From positions 1,700-65,699 of the forward strand of contig JAFTXO010000033.1 of NCBI GenBank assembly GCA_017461765.1: DNA of 64,000 bases, in the 5' to 3' direction. Source of the stretch: Clostridia bacterium (lineage in GTDB: Bacteria; Bacillota; Clostridia; Oscillospirales; CAG-272). Of this stretch, positions 1-9,268 are shown in pieces. Position numbers and translations under genes: made by a program. The notes below the pieces were generated by a model, which searched no databases, was not told where the DNA came from, and worked only from the letters and a program-made list of their open reading frames with translations. The first letter of the stretch is position 1; the number at the start of each line of letters is the position of its first letter.

Positions 1-207
1 GACGTAAAAGGCGCTTGTAAGCTTCAGCTTGAGCTTTTGCCCCTTATAAATGCACTTTTCTGCGAGGTTAATCCAATTCCCGCAAAGGCAGCAATGGCGC
101 ATATGGGATATACCGAAAATATTTTGCGCTCACCCCTTTATCCTATTGAGCCTGAGCATGACGAGATACTCGTAAAATGTATGAAGGAACAAGGAATAAA
201 TATATGA
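1..207 (+). CDS. dapA: 4-hydroxy-tetrahydrodipicolinate synthase, 3' part (partial, runs off window start)
   Basis: Frame 1 reads ...LLPLINALFCEVNPIPAKAAM...LRSPL...; TGA at 205-207 overlaps the dapB ATG; not in the ORF track. Confidence 0.9.
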   Translation, partial: DVKGACKLQLELLPLINALFCEVNPIPAKAAMAHMGYTENILRSPLYPIEPEHDEILVKCMKEQGINI

Positions 208-944
208 AGGCTTTGGTAGTAGGCGCTCTCGGAGTAATGGGCGAGCATATTATAAGCAAGCTCAAAAATTCCTGCAACGAGCCGACGGCTCTTGTCGATA
301 TCAAATATAACGAGAACGCAAAAAACAATGAATATACAAAGATCGCTGATGTTAAAGAAAAATGCGATGTTATAATCGACTTTTCCTTCCACGGAGTTGT
401 TGACGAGGTTCTTGATTATGCGGTAAAAACAAAAACACCGGCTATAATCGCAACAACGGGTCATACTGATGACGAGAAGGAATTGATAAAAAAAGCGTCT
501 GAAAATGTAGGCATCTTCTATGCGGGCAATATGTCTGTCGGTATCGCAACTCTTTGCGACACTGTTAAAAAGGTCGTATCTGTATTTCCCGATGCAAATG
601 TTGAAATTATCGAAACTCATCATATTCGTAAGCTTGACGCTCCCAGCGGCACTGCAAAAATGATCTTTGATGCCGTTAAGGAGGTACGCCCCAACGCTAC
701 CGCAATTTGCGGCAGAAACGGGCTCTGTAAGCGCGAAACTGACGAGATCGGAATAAACTCTATAAGAATAGGTAATATTGTCGGTATTCACGAGGTCAGA
801 ATTGGTACTCAGACTGAGCAAATAACCTTGAAGCACGAGGCTTACGACAGAGCTTTGTTTGCAGACGGTGCTGTGAAAGCGGCGGAATTTATGGTAGGTA
901 AGGGCGCAGGTCTTTACACAATGAAAGAACTTTTAAAGGACTAA
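204..944 (+). CDS. dapB: 4-hydroxy-tetrahydrodipicolinate reductase
   Basis: GALGVMG, DVIIDFS, ATTG, NMSVG, ETHHIRKLDAPSGTA motifs; start moved to the ATG at 204 (ATGA overlap with dapA). Confidence 0.95.
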   Translation: MKALVVGALGVMGEHIISKLKNSCNEPTALVDIKYNENAKNNEYTKIADVKEKCDVIIDFSFHGVVDEVLDYAVKTKTPAIIATTGHTDDEKELIKKASENVGIFYAGNMSVGIATLCDTVKKVVSVFPDANVEIIETHHIRKLDAPSGTAKMIFDAVKEVRPNATAICGRNGLCKRETDEIGINSIRIGNIVGIHEVRIGTQTEQITLKHEAYDRALFADGAVKAAEFMVGKGAGLYTMKELLKD

Positions 945-948
945 AAAA

Positions 949-2247
949 ATGTTACATGAAAATCTCTCGGTAAATGAGAAAAACCATCTTTGCATAGCTG
1001 GTAGAGATACTGTTGAGCTCGCTCAAAAGTATTCGACACCTCTTATGGTTATCGATGAAGAAAGAATAAGAAGAAATGCAAGAATATACAAAGAGGCAAT
1101 GAAAGAATATTTCGGAGACGGCTCGTATCCACTGTTTGCCTCTAAAGCGCTTTCCTGTAAATATGTATACAGAATAGCTAAGCAAGAAGATATCGGTATC
1201 GATATTGTCTCTTCAGGCGAGCTTTATACGGCACTTTGCGAGGGCTTTGATCTTTCGAAGGCTTATTTTCACGGAAATAATAAGACTGATTTTGATATAA
1301 ATTACGGAATTGAAAACGGTATAGGTCATTTTGTTGTAGATAATATGAACGAGCTTGATGTGATCGATAGGATCGCGGGCGAAAAGGGAATTGTTCAAGG
1401 AATAATAATAAGACTTACTCCGGGCATAGATCCTCATACACACGCCGCAATATCTACAGGAAAGGTCGACAGCAAATTCGGTATAGCTATTGAAACAGGA
1501 CAAGCAACCGAGGCCGTAAAATATACATTATCAAAGAAAAATGTCCGTCTTGACGGTTTTCATTGCCATATAGGCTCACAGATTTTTGATATAAAGCCGT
1601 TTTGCGATGCCGCAAGACTTATGATAAAATATATCGTAAAGCTGAAAAAAGAAATTGGCTTTGAAACCGAGATATTAAACCTCGGCGGCGGCTTTGGCGT
1701 AAGATATATTCAAAGTCAGCCTGAGCTTGATTATAAAGAGTTTATAAGACTTATTTCACAGTTTATAAATGAAGAGGTACGTGCTTCGGGAATAAAAAAA
1801 CCGATAATACTCATGGAACCTGGCAGAAGCATGGTTGCGGATTCCTGCCTTACGCTTTATACAGTTGGAGGAACTAAGGAAATACACGGCTTTAAAAACT
1901 ATGTTTCAGTTGACGGCGGTATGCCTGATAATCCGAGATATGCGCTTTACCAATCCGATTATACCGTATGCTTGGCATCAAGAATGAACGATCCTTGTGA
2001 CTTCGAATGTACCGTTGCAGGCAGATGCTGCGAAAGTGGAGATTTGCTTCAGGAGAATGTAAAAATGCCGAAGCCGAAGAGAGGAGAGATCCTTTCCGTT
2101 TTGGTTACGGGAGCATACAATTATTCAATGGCAAGCAATTACAATAGAATACCGCGCCCCGCAGTCCTTGCAATAAATAAAAACGGAGAAGACTTTACTG
2201 TCATAAAACGTGAAAGCTTTGAAGATCTTGTTAAAAATGATCTTTGA
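949..2247 (+). CDS. lysA: Diaminopimelate decarboxylase
   Basis: FASKA PLP lysine, HCHIGSQI, NLGGGFG, EPGRS, GRCCESGD, GAYNYSMASNYN. Confidence 0.95.
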   Translation: MLHENLSVNEKNHLCIAGRDTVELAQKYSTPLMVIDEERIRRNARIYKEAMKEYFGDGSYPLFASKALSCKYVYRIAKQEDIGIDIVSSGELYTALCEGFDLSKAYFHGNNKTDFDINYGIENGIGHFVVDNMNELDVIDRIAGEKGIVQGIIIRLTPGIDPHTHAAISTGKVDSKFGIAIETGQATEAVKYTLSKKNVRLDGFHCHIGSQIFDIKPFCDAARLMIKYIVKLKKEIGFETEILNLGGGFGVRYIQSQPELDYKEFIRLISQFINEEVRASGIKKPIILMEPGRSMVADSCLTLYTVGGTKEIHGFKNYVSVDGGMPDNPRYALYQSDYTVCLASRMNDPCDFECTVAGRCCESGDLLQENVKMPKPKRGEILSVLVTGAYNYSMASNYNRIPRPAVLAINKNGEDFTVIKRESFEDLVKNDL

Positions 2248-2266
2248 TAAAAAATTGATACTGAAA

Positions 2267-2312
2267 TAAAAAACAAAAAATCGGAATTTAAATTCTGATT
2301 TTTTGTTTTTTA
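2267..2312. terminator. Long A/T-flanked hairpin after lysA, probable terminator
   Basis: taaaaaacaaaaaatcggaattt / aaattctgattttttgtttttta inverted repeat. Confidence 0.65.
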
Positions 2313-2432
2313 GAACGATTTTCAAAAACGCTGCAAATAGGCGTAAATAAAGGATTTTTAATAACTCTGAAAATACTATGTATATATTATCATATTTGCA
2401 TATGCTCAAATATAACAATAAAAATCAAGAAA

Positions 2433-2454
2433 AAAGGCGGAAAATCCGCCCTTT
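2433..2454 (-). terminator. Intrinsic terminator of thrS
   Basis: ggcgga-aaa-tccgcc hairpin followed by a T run on the minus strand, just after the thrS stop. Confidence 0.7.
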
Positions 2455-2462
2455 CCATATTG

Positions 2463-4229
2463 TTAAATTCTGTCTTTTGTCTCTTTTACAATCTTAGCAA
2501 CAAATTCCTCGGCTGTCATAGTCTCGGTTTGAGCAGTATCACGGTAACGGATAGAAACAGTATTTGTCTCAACCTCTTTTTGACCGATGATAACCATATA
2601 AGGAACTCTGTCAACAGTTTGAGCCTCTCTTATCATATATCCGATTTTTTCGTTTCTGTTGTCAAGCTCGCATCTGATGCCGGCTTCGCGAAGCATACCG
2701 TAAACCTTATCAGCCATTTCTGAACTCTTTTCGGAAACGAGAAGAACCTTAGCTTGAACAGGAGCAAGCCAAACAGGGAATTTACCTGCAAAATGCTCGG
2801 TAAGGATACCGATAAATCTCTCAATAGAACCGAAGCATACGCGGTGTATCATGATAGGACGCTGTTTTTCATTGTTTTCATCTGTATATTCAAGCTCAAA
2901 ATTGATAGGCATCTGAAAATCAAGCTGGATAGTACCGCACTGCCACGTTCTTCCGAGTGAATCTTCAAGATGGAAGTCGATCTTAGGACCGTAGAAAGCA
3001 CCGTCACCCTCGTTGATAATATAATCAAGACCAAGCTTTTCAAGAGCATTCTTAAGACCGTTTGTAGCAGCCTCCCAATCCTCGTCACTACCCATAGAGT
3101 CCTCAGGACGGGTAGAAAGCTCAATAAAGTACTTAAATCCGAATTTTGTGTATACCTCGTTAATAAGATGAACAACACCCATAATCTCGTCAGTTATCTG
3201 CTCACGGCGCATAAATATGTGAGCATCGTCCTGAGTGAAGCAACGAACTCTGAAAAGTCCGTGCAAAGCACCCTTAAGCTCGTGACGGTGAACTATTCCA
3301 AGCTCGCCTACACGCATAGGAAGCTCACGGTAAGAGTGAGGGCGAGAACGGTATACCATAACTCCGCCGGGACAGTTCATGGGCTTTACACAGTAAGTTT
3401 CATCATCTATGATCGTAGAATACATATTGTCCTTATAGTGATCCCAGTGACCGCTCGTTTCCCAAAGCTTTCTGTTCATGATGAGAGGAGTTTGAACCTC
3501 TACGTAGTTGTCTCTTGTATGGATCTGACGCCAATAATCTATAAGTGCGTTTTTAATAGCCATACCCTTTGGCAAGAAGAACGGAAATCCAGGACCCTCC
3601 TCGCACATCATGAAGAGGTTCATTTCCTTGCCGATCTTACGGTGATCGCGTCTTTCAGCCTCTTCCATAAGCTTCGTGTAAGCATCAAGCTCCTCTTGAG
3701 AAGAGAAAGCAACACCGTTTATACGGGTGAGCATTTTGTTGTTTTTGTCGTTTTTCCAATAAGCCCCCGATTGCTGAGTAACCTTGAAAGCCTTTAAAGC
3801 CTTTGTGTAGCAAAGGTGAGGACCAACGCACATATCTATATAATCACCTTGTTGATAGAAGCTGATAATAGCATCTTCTGCAAGATCTCCGATATGCTCA
3901 ACCTTATATTTTTCGCCGCGGCTTTCCATAAGGGCAACTGCCTCCTCGCGCGGAAGAATGAAGGGTTTTATAGGCAAGTTTTCTTTGACTATTTTACGCA
4001 TTTCCTTTTCGATAGCCAAAAGATCCTCATCTGTGAGCTTGCGATCTCCGAGATCTACGTCGTAAAAAAATCCCTTTTCGGTCGCAGGACCGTAAGCAAA
4101 TATAGCCTCGGGATAAAGTCTTTTTATAGCTTGTGCCATGATATGTGCGGCAGAGTGGCGTATAACATGAAGCTCCTCTTCCTTGTCAACGCATTCACGC
4201 ACAGTACCGTCATTCATTATTATCTTCAT
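2463..4229 (-). CDS. thrS: Threonyl-tRNA synthetase (short N-terminus)
   Basis: HSAAHIMAQA, DMCVGPH, RDHRKIG, KPMNCPG, GAFYGPKIDF, HRVCFGSIERF; start at MKIIMN behind an AGGAGG RBS; the longer ORF-track start runs into the T-box. Confidence 0.97.
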   Translation of the reverse strand: MKIIMNDGTVRECVDKEEELHVIRHSAAHIMAQAIKRLYPEAIFAYGPATEKGFFYDVDLGDRKLTDEDLLAIEKEMRKIVKENLPIKPFILPREEAVALMESRGEKYKVEHIGDLAEDAIISFYQQGDYIDMCVGPHLCYTKALKAFKVTQQSGAYWKNDKNNKMLTRINGVAFSSQEELDAYTKLMEEAERRDHRKIGKEMNLFMMCEEGPGFPFFLPKGMAIKNALIDYWRQIHTRDNYVEVQTPLIMNRKLWETSGHWDHYKDNMYSTIIDDETYCVKPMNCPGGVMVYRSRPHSYRELPMRVGELGIVHRHELKGALHGLFRVRCFTQDDAHIFMRREQITDEIMGVVHLINEVYTKFGFKYFIELSTRPEDSMGSDEDWEAATNGLKNALEKLGLDYIINEGDGAFYGPKIDFHLEDSLGRTWQCGTIQLDFQMPINFELEYTDENNEKQRPIMIHRVCFGSIERFIGILTEHFAGKFPVWLAPVQAKVLLVSEKSSEMADKVYGMLREAGIRCELDNRNEKIGYMIREAQTVDRVPYMVIIGQKEVETNTVSIRYRDTAQTETMTAEEFVAKIVKETKDRI

Positions 4230-4257
4230 AAAAACCTCCTGTATTTTAACAATAGCT

Positions 4258-4476
4258 TTAAAAATAAAAAACCTTAACAATGCAAAAAGCAATGCTAAGG
4301 GTGCAAAAGCACGGTTCCACCTTAAATTTAACTCATTATCTTTAACGCAGAGAACGTCGAAAATTGTTACCTTTTCGAAACTCGGGAATGGTGTTCGCAT
4401 CATACCGCATAAGGACTCGCACCATGCGTCCTCTCTCTGAAATACAATATTGATGTTACTGTTTCCGTCATAGTTT
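4258..4476 (-). promoter_or_regulatory. T-box riboswitch (Thr specifier ACC) upstream of thrS
   Basis: Minus strand: AGAGAG...GGTGCGA stem I motifs, GAAC-ACC specifier loop, T-box AATTTAAGGTGGAACCGTG (4310-4328), then a hairpin and T run. Confidence 0.9.
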
Positions 4477-4484
4477 ATGGGCAT

Positions 4485-4513
4485 ATTATAACATTATATA
4501 GCTGAAAAGTCAA
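4485..4513 (-). promoter_or_regulatory. sigma-A promoter of the thrS leader
   Basis: TTGACT-N17-TATAAT on the minus strand, directly upstream of the T-box. Confidence 0.75.
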
Positions 4514-4680
4514 GAAAAAACCAAAAAAATTATATTTCGCTTAGAGAAAAGTTATTTAAAAAGCTAAAGAATATTGACTTTTATACACAAAAATGATAAA
4601 ATCAAATATGAACAAGGCTTTATTATAGCTAATATTGATACCTAATGGAATTCCAAACGGGATAGGAAAGGGGGAGCGTT

Positions 4681-5100
4681 ATGTATAAAAAACATTTTTC
4701 TGTGATATTACTATCACATCTCATAGCTTTGATATCGCTTCTTTTTCCGATATTAAGAGTTGAGGAAATGAGAATAGGCTATGGAGGAAATATGCGTATA
4801 GAGTTTTTGTATACGAATATTTTCGGATATACATCGTATGACGTATATATTATGATATCTGTATTTATTATAGCATTGTCATTTTTAACGTTTGCGGCAA
4901 TAATATTTGATATATTGGCAATGAATAAAAAAGAATATACGCTTATATATTCTAAGGTTTCGTTTTTTCTGACACTTTCAATAGCTATGATGGGCGCACT
5001 TGCGGCAGGTGCGGGCTCTTATATGTTTTCGTTAATTTGCGCAGTATCGTTTGTTATAAGCTCAGTTCTTCTTATAAGGGTAATCAAAAGAATAATGTAA
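4681..5100 (+). CDS. Small hypothetical membrane protein (about 4 TM segments)
   Basis: 139 aa hydrophobic ORF, GGGGGAG RBS, upstream TTGACT-N17-TAAAAT promoter-like site. Confidence 0.7.
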   Translation: MYKKHFSVILLSHLIALISLLFPILRVEEMRIGYGGNMRIEFLYTNIFGYTSYDVYIMISVFIIALSFLTFAAIIFDILAMNKKEYTLIYSKVSFFLTLSIAMMGALAAGAGSYMFSLICAVSFVISSVLLIRVIKRIM

Positions 5101-5129
5101 AAAAATCGAGGTCATGCCTCGATTTTTTT
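5099..5129. terminator. Bidirectional intrinsic terminator
   Basis: aaaaaaatcgagg-tcatg-cctcgattttttt between convergent genes. Confidence 0.75.
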
Positions 5130-6329
5130 GTTGTATTTCTGTATTAAAATTACATATGCCAAAACAGGTATCAGAACGATCGTATAATATAAAAATCCCG
5201 AAATACCGAAAAGCTCTATGGCAAGAACGAAAGCAGCGATCGGAGAACGCATAAATGTAGCAAAAACGCAAATAAGCGAAATGCAAACGGCGATTTCCAA
5301 GGAAATCGGGAAAAGACTCGCAAACGCAAAGCCAAACGAAGCACCAATTACCATAGACGGTATCATCTCACCTCCGCAATAGCCGCAAGCCATTGTAAGA
5401 ATGGTAAAAAGCATTTTTAAAATAAAATCATAAACCTCAGCTTGGGATGCCATAGCATCAAAAATAAGCTCAAATCCCGTTCCATTATATCTTTGAGAGC
5501 CTATAAGCAATGTAAGAATAAGAACTATTGAGCCGCCGACAAAAATTCTGATATAAAAATTATTTATTTTTCTGTATGCCTTTTTTGTTAACTTTAAAAG
5601 CAGCTTGAAAATTATAGCAACCGCCATAGCGCATACGATAAGGAGCAAGCACAATAAAATACTTTTTACATCAAGACCCTCAAAGCTTATTTTTTCAAAG
5701 GATAATGGCTTGATTTGTAATAAAAGCCCTGTCAAAAATCCGAAAAGAGAAGAAACAGAAGCACATACAAGAGCAAGAAGCTTGTCTTTAATACACCGTT
5801 TCTTGTAAAGTATAGTAGTTTCAAGAGAAAAGATCACGGAGGCAAACGGAGTTACCAAAATTCCGCTGAAAGCCCCGCTCATACCGGCAATTGTATATAA
5901 AAATCTTTTTTCGGAATCTCGTTTAAAAACTCTTGAAAAATCAGATCCTATACTGCCGCCGATAGCAACGGCTGCACCCTCACGCCCTGCCGAGCCTCCA
6001 AAAAGATGTGTTAAAAATGAAGAAAAATATATAACCGGAGCTAACCAAAAGGAAACCTTTTCGCTTTTTTCAACGGCATGGTGAAATTTTTCCGTATTAA
6101 AATATTCTCCTATATGAGCTCTTTTAAAAACTAAAGCTATTAACAGTCCGCCGATAGGAAGAAACCATATGAGCCAAGGAAGAGAAGCTCTTATATTTGC
6201 CGCAAGGTCCAGCAAATAATGAAAAATAGCTCCGAAAAATCCTGTGCATATGCCTATAATGGCACAGACCAAGGCGGAGATTAAAAAATTCTTTAATATT
6301 TCTTTGTTTGATGCTTGGGGGTCGTTCAT
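5112..6329 (-). CDS. CLC (EriC-type) chloride/fluoride channel-transporter family protein
   Basis: HLFGGSAGREGA gating-Glu motif, GGEMIP, many TM segments; start at MNDPQ behind a GAGG RBS. Confidence 0.88.
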   Translation of the reverse strand: MNDPQASNKEILKNFLISALVCAIIGICTGFFGAIFHYLLDLAANIRASLPWLIWFLPIGGLLIALVFKRAHIGEYFNTEKFHHAVEKSEKVSFWLAPVIYFSSFLTHLFGGSAGREGAAVAIGGSIGSDFSRVFKRDSEKRFLYTIAGMSGAFSGILVTPFASVIFSLETTILYKKRCIKDKLLALVCASVSSLFGFLTGLLLQIKPLSFEKISFEGLDVKSILLCLLLIVCAMAVAIIFKLLLKLTKKAYRKINNFYIRIFVGGSIVLILTLLIGSQRYNGTGFELIFDAMASQAEVYDFILKMLFTILTMACGYCGGEMIPSMVIGASFGFAFASLFPISLEIAVCISLICVFATFMRSPIAAFVLAIELFGISGFLYYTIVLIPVLAYVILIQKYNKKIEA

Positions 6330-6457
6330 TTTTGCCTCTTTGGGAAGTTTTTTATTAATTTTATCACAATCCATAAACCGTGTCAATCATATTTAAGATA
6401 CTTGTAAGGTTAAATTTATAAAATTTAAAATTAGGACATTTTTAAAAAATAAGTCGA

Positions 6458-6487
6458 CAGCCCTCTGTGAAAAATCACAAAGGGCTG
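6458..6487 (-). terminator. Hairpin after the lipoprotein gene (end of the metal operon)
   Basis: cagccct-c-tgtga-aaaa-tcaca-a-agggctg. Confidence 0.6.
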
Positions 6488-6492
6488 AGCTT

Positions 6493-7413
6493 TTATATTT
6501 CCCAGCTTCCAAGCCAATTGGAGAAGAATGACCATAGGGCATCAGTCCTCGTTTGGAAGCTTTTTTGGTTGTTTAGCTTGTATTGCTTTCTTCCGTCGTT
6601 GAATTTTCCGGAATACTCGTCTGTTATAGAATAATTTCCTGCATTAAACTCTGAAAGCGCCTCGTTTGCAAGAGCCTTTGCGTCCTCTATATTTGCAATA
6701 AGATCAGTAAATGCAGTCTCGTCAACAGTTTTTACCGTTGCAATAATATCGTCAAAATATTTGTCGCCCTTATCGTACGCATAAGCAAACTGAGCTGTAT
6801 AATCCTCGCTGTGTAAGAAGTTCATAACATCGGCAGCATGAATATAATCCTTACCGCTGCTCCAGTCAACAGAATAAGTTGCCCACAGACAAAGGAAGTT
6901 TACGTAATCATACATAGCATATATATCCGAGATAACATCGGTGGATGCGAGCGATTGCCAAAGCTTCGAGCTCTCATCCATATCAGAGGTGTCAAGTATT
7001 TCGTATGTAGCATCTGCAATTCTGAATGAATATTTATAACCGTAATAATCACTGTAATTACCTATCTGCAATGTTCCTGTTACCTTTATGGCTCTGTCGG
7101 TAAATTCAAATTCATCACCGCTTTTTGCGTAAACGGCTATCGTATTTGAGAGCTGATTGTCGGAGTTGGGAATACAGAATGGACAGCTTTGATACGGCAT
7201 ATTCATAAGATACATAAACGAACCGTCAACAGGAGATAGCGTGGACATATATCCTATGATCGATACCTGAGTGTTGTTAAGCTCCGTCAAATTCGATATG
7301 TTAGCTGTCTGAGCAAAGCTCAAAAGCTGAGACGGACCCTTGTCCTTGCACGAAACGGTAGCAGGGAGGAAAAATACTAAGCATAAAATAAGTGCTGAAA
7401 TTTTCTTTATCAT
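6493..7413 (-). CDS. Lipoprotein with CPFC motif, DUF3299-like N-terminal domain
   Basis: Signal peptide with lipobox (TVS-C); V-S-I-I-G-Y-M...PYQSCPFC...IKVTGTL pattern; overlaps the permease stop. Confidence 0.65.
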   Translation of the reverse strand: MIKKISALILCLVFFLPATVSCKDKGPSQLLSFAQTANISNLTELNNTQVSIIGYMSTLSPVDGSFMYLMNMPYQSCPFCIPNSDNQLSNTIAVYAKSGDEFEFTDRAIKVTGTLQIGNYSDYYGYKYSFRIADATYEILDTSDMDESSKLWQSLASTDVISDIYAMYDYVNFLCLWATYSVDWSSGKDYIHAADVMNFLHSEDYTAQFAYAYDKGDKYFDDIIATVKTVDETAFTDLIANIEDAKALANEALSEFNAGNYSITDEYSGKFNDGRKQYKLNNQKSFQTRTDALWSFFSNWLGSWEI

Positions 7414-8621
7414 TCTTCTATACCATCCTTTTTAGACATACTGAAGGTACATATCACGGTCGGAATTATGCTAATGATAAATACTGCCGCCATGATGACC
7501 CATTCAAAGGTATAAACAACTCCGGCATTAAGAACTATTCCCATGCTTGAAATATATTCCTTCATAGCTATAAGACAGATACGCGACACTCCAAAGGCGA
7601 GCACCGTTGAGATGAAGCCGACTATCGAATTCTGTATTATATAAAGTAAATTTATCTTCCTCATGCCAACTCCTATAAGACGCATAAGAGCAATCTCCTT
7701 TTTGGAATCGTACATATTGAGAAGAGTAATTATAGAAATAATAAATATGTTCATTAAAAGGATAATAACGCAAAGAATAAGAACTATATGTGAGCTCATA
7801 TCCACATTTTCAAGAATGTCACGCATAACTTCGCTTGTGCTTATTGCGGAAAGGCTTATTTCATCGCCGTCCTCGTTTATATAGTCAGCGTTTTGATATT
7901 TGTTTTGAATATAGGTGAATTTGCCCATGTTCGAAAGATTTACAAGAACAGCGCATATTTCACCGTGCTCATGCTCGTGCTCATCCTCCTCTGAATGTTC
8001 TTCGTCAGAGTTAGAGTGAGTGTGCCAAACAGTTTCCACAGGGGTAAATATAACATTATCGTAATTTGTATTTGTTTTGTCAAGAATTCCAACAACGGTA
8101 AGAGAAGATGAATCGCCGTGTGAATGTCCCCCCTCGCCTATGCCATGAGAGGTTACAAGCTTATCTCCTATGCTGATGCCGTATTTTTCAGCAACCTCAG
8201 CTCCAACAACAGCCTCAAATGCAACACCGTTTTCAAACATTCTGCCTTCGTCAACACTCTTATCGTTCAAAAACTCATTTGTAGTTCCGACTATTTTCGC
8301 CGAGTTATAAGAATCTCCCATGGTGAAGGGAATTGCAACGGCTACATCAGGATCGTTTTTTATGTCTTCATAGACTTCGTAAGGAATAGTTCCGACGGGC
8401 TTGTCTGTAAAGAACATTGTATTCATAGCAAGCTGAGTAGAGCTGCCGGCAGGACCTATTATCATAGTGTATTTTGCAGTAGTGGTTTTGAGACCGTCAT
8501 CTACCTGCTGAGAAATATTATAAGCCAATATAGCGACCGATGCGGATATTACGACAGAAAGTACGATAAGAATAATCTTAACCTTTTTGATCATCATATT
8601 TTTAAGGGCAAATTTAAACAT
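7410..8621 (-). CDS. MacB/FtsX-family ABC permease with His-rich extracytoplasmic loops
   Basis: 1+3 TM topology, KKEIALMRLIG motif, SHGIGEGGHSHG and HTHSNSDEEHSEEDEHEHEH. Confidence 0.88.
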   Translation of the reverse strand: MFKFALKNMMIKKVKIILIVLSVVISASVAILAYNISQQVDDGLKTTTAKYTMIIGPAGSSTQLAMNTMFFTDKPVGTIPYEVYEDIKNDPDVAVAIPFTMGDSYNSAKIVGTTNEFLNDKSVDEGRMFENGVAFEAVVGAEVAEKYGISIGDKLVTSHGIGEGGHSHGDSSSLTVVGILDKTNTNYDNVIFTPVETVWHTHSNSDEEHSEEDEHEHEHGEICAVLVNLSNMGKFTYIQNKYQNADYINEDGDEISLSAISTSEVMRDILENVDMSSHIVLILCVIILLMNIFIISIITLLNMYDSKKEIALMRLIGVGMRKINLLYIIQNSIVGFISTVLAFGVSRICLIAMKEYISSMGIVLNAGVVYTFEWVIMAAVFIISIIPTVICTFSMSKKDGIEE

Positions 8622-9255
8622 CTCTTCGACCTCCCGTAACCTCGTTCATATCGATAGTGTAATCGAAATATTTTGCGAGTCTTTCATCGTGAGTTACCGC
8701 AATAAGAGTTTTTCCTCTCGATATTTCTGTAAGCTCCTTTATTACAGCTTCACCTATTGCAAAATTAAGATTGCCGGTAGGCTCGTCAGCGAGAATGATC
8801 TCGGGCTTTTTAACTATAGCTCTTGCAATGGCAACCCTTTGCTTTTCACCGCCGGAAAGGTGCTTTATTTTTTTATTTTTCTTTGAGAGAATACCAAGCT
8901 TTTCAAGAATTTCATCCATAGCCGAGGTATCTACATTTTCAAGCTTTAAAATGTTTATATTATCAGCAACTGTCATTTCGGGAATGAGCTTGAAATCCTG
9001 AAATATGTATCCGATCTTCTTTATTCTGAAAAGATCCTTTTCTTTTTGAGATTTTTTTGTGATATCCTCACCGTTTATCTCAATGCTTCCGCTCTCTGGT
9101 GAGAGTATTCCCGCTATCATATTAAGAAGCGTCGATTTCCCACAGCCCGAAGCTCCGAGAAGCATATACGTCTTACCGTCCTCAAATGTAATATCATTAT
9201 AGTCAATGGCGGTTTCATTTTTGAAATGCTTTGATACATTTTTTACATTAATCAT
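8614..9255 (-). CDS. ABC transporter ATP-binding protein (LolD/MacB-like)
   Basis: GASGCGKS, LSGGEKQRVAIARA, ILADEPTGNL, VTHD. Confidence 0.95.
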   Translation of the reverse strand: MINVKNVSKHFKNETAIDYNDITFEDGKTYMLLGASGCGKSTLLNMIAGILSPESGSIEINGEDITKKSQKEKDLFRIKKIGYIFQDFKLIPEMTVADNINILKLENVDTSAMDEILEKLGILSKKNKKIKHLSGGEKQRVAIARAIVKKPEIILADEPTGNLNFAIGEAVIKELTEISRGKTLIAVTHDERLAKYFDYTIDMNEVTGGRRDV

Positions 9256-9268
9256 ATATAAACCTCCT

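Noticed and set aside
138-836. 232-aa minus-strand ORF over dapB
   Set aside because: Antisense to a well-supported gene
2392-2413. ATATTTG-N8-CAAATAT dyad between lysA and thrS
   Set aside because: AT-rich, between convergent 3' ends, no assignable regulator; likely chance
2970-3797. 275-aa ORF antisense to thrS
   Set aside because: Shadow ORF fully overlapping a conserved gene; no recognisable motifs
4230-4484. N-terminal extension of ThrS in the ORF track
   Set aside because: The region is the T-box leader; RBS and ATG are at 4229
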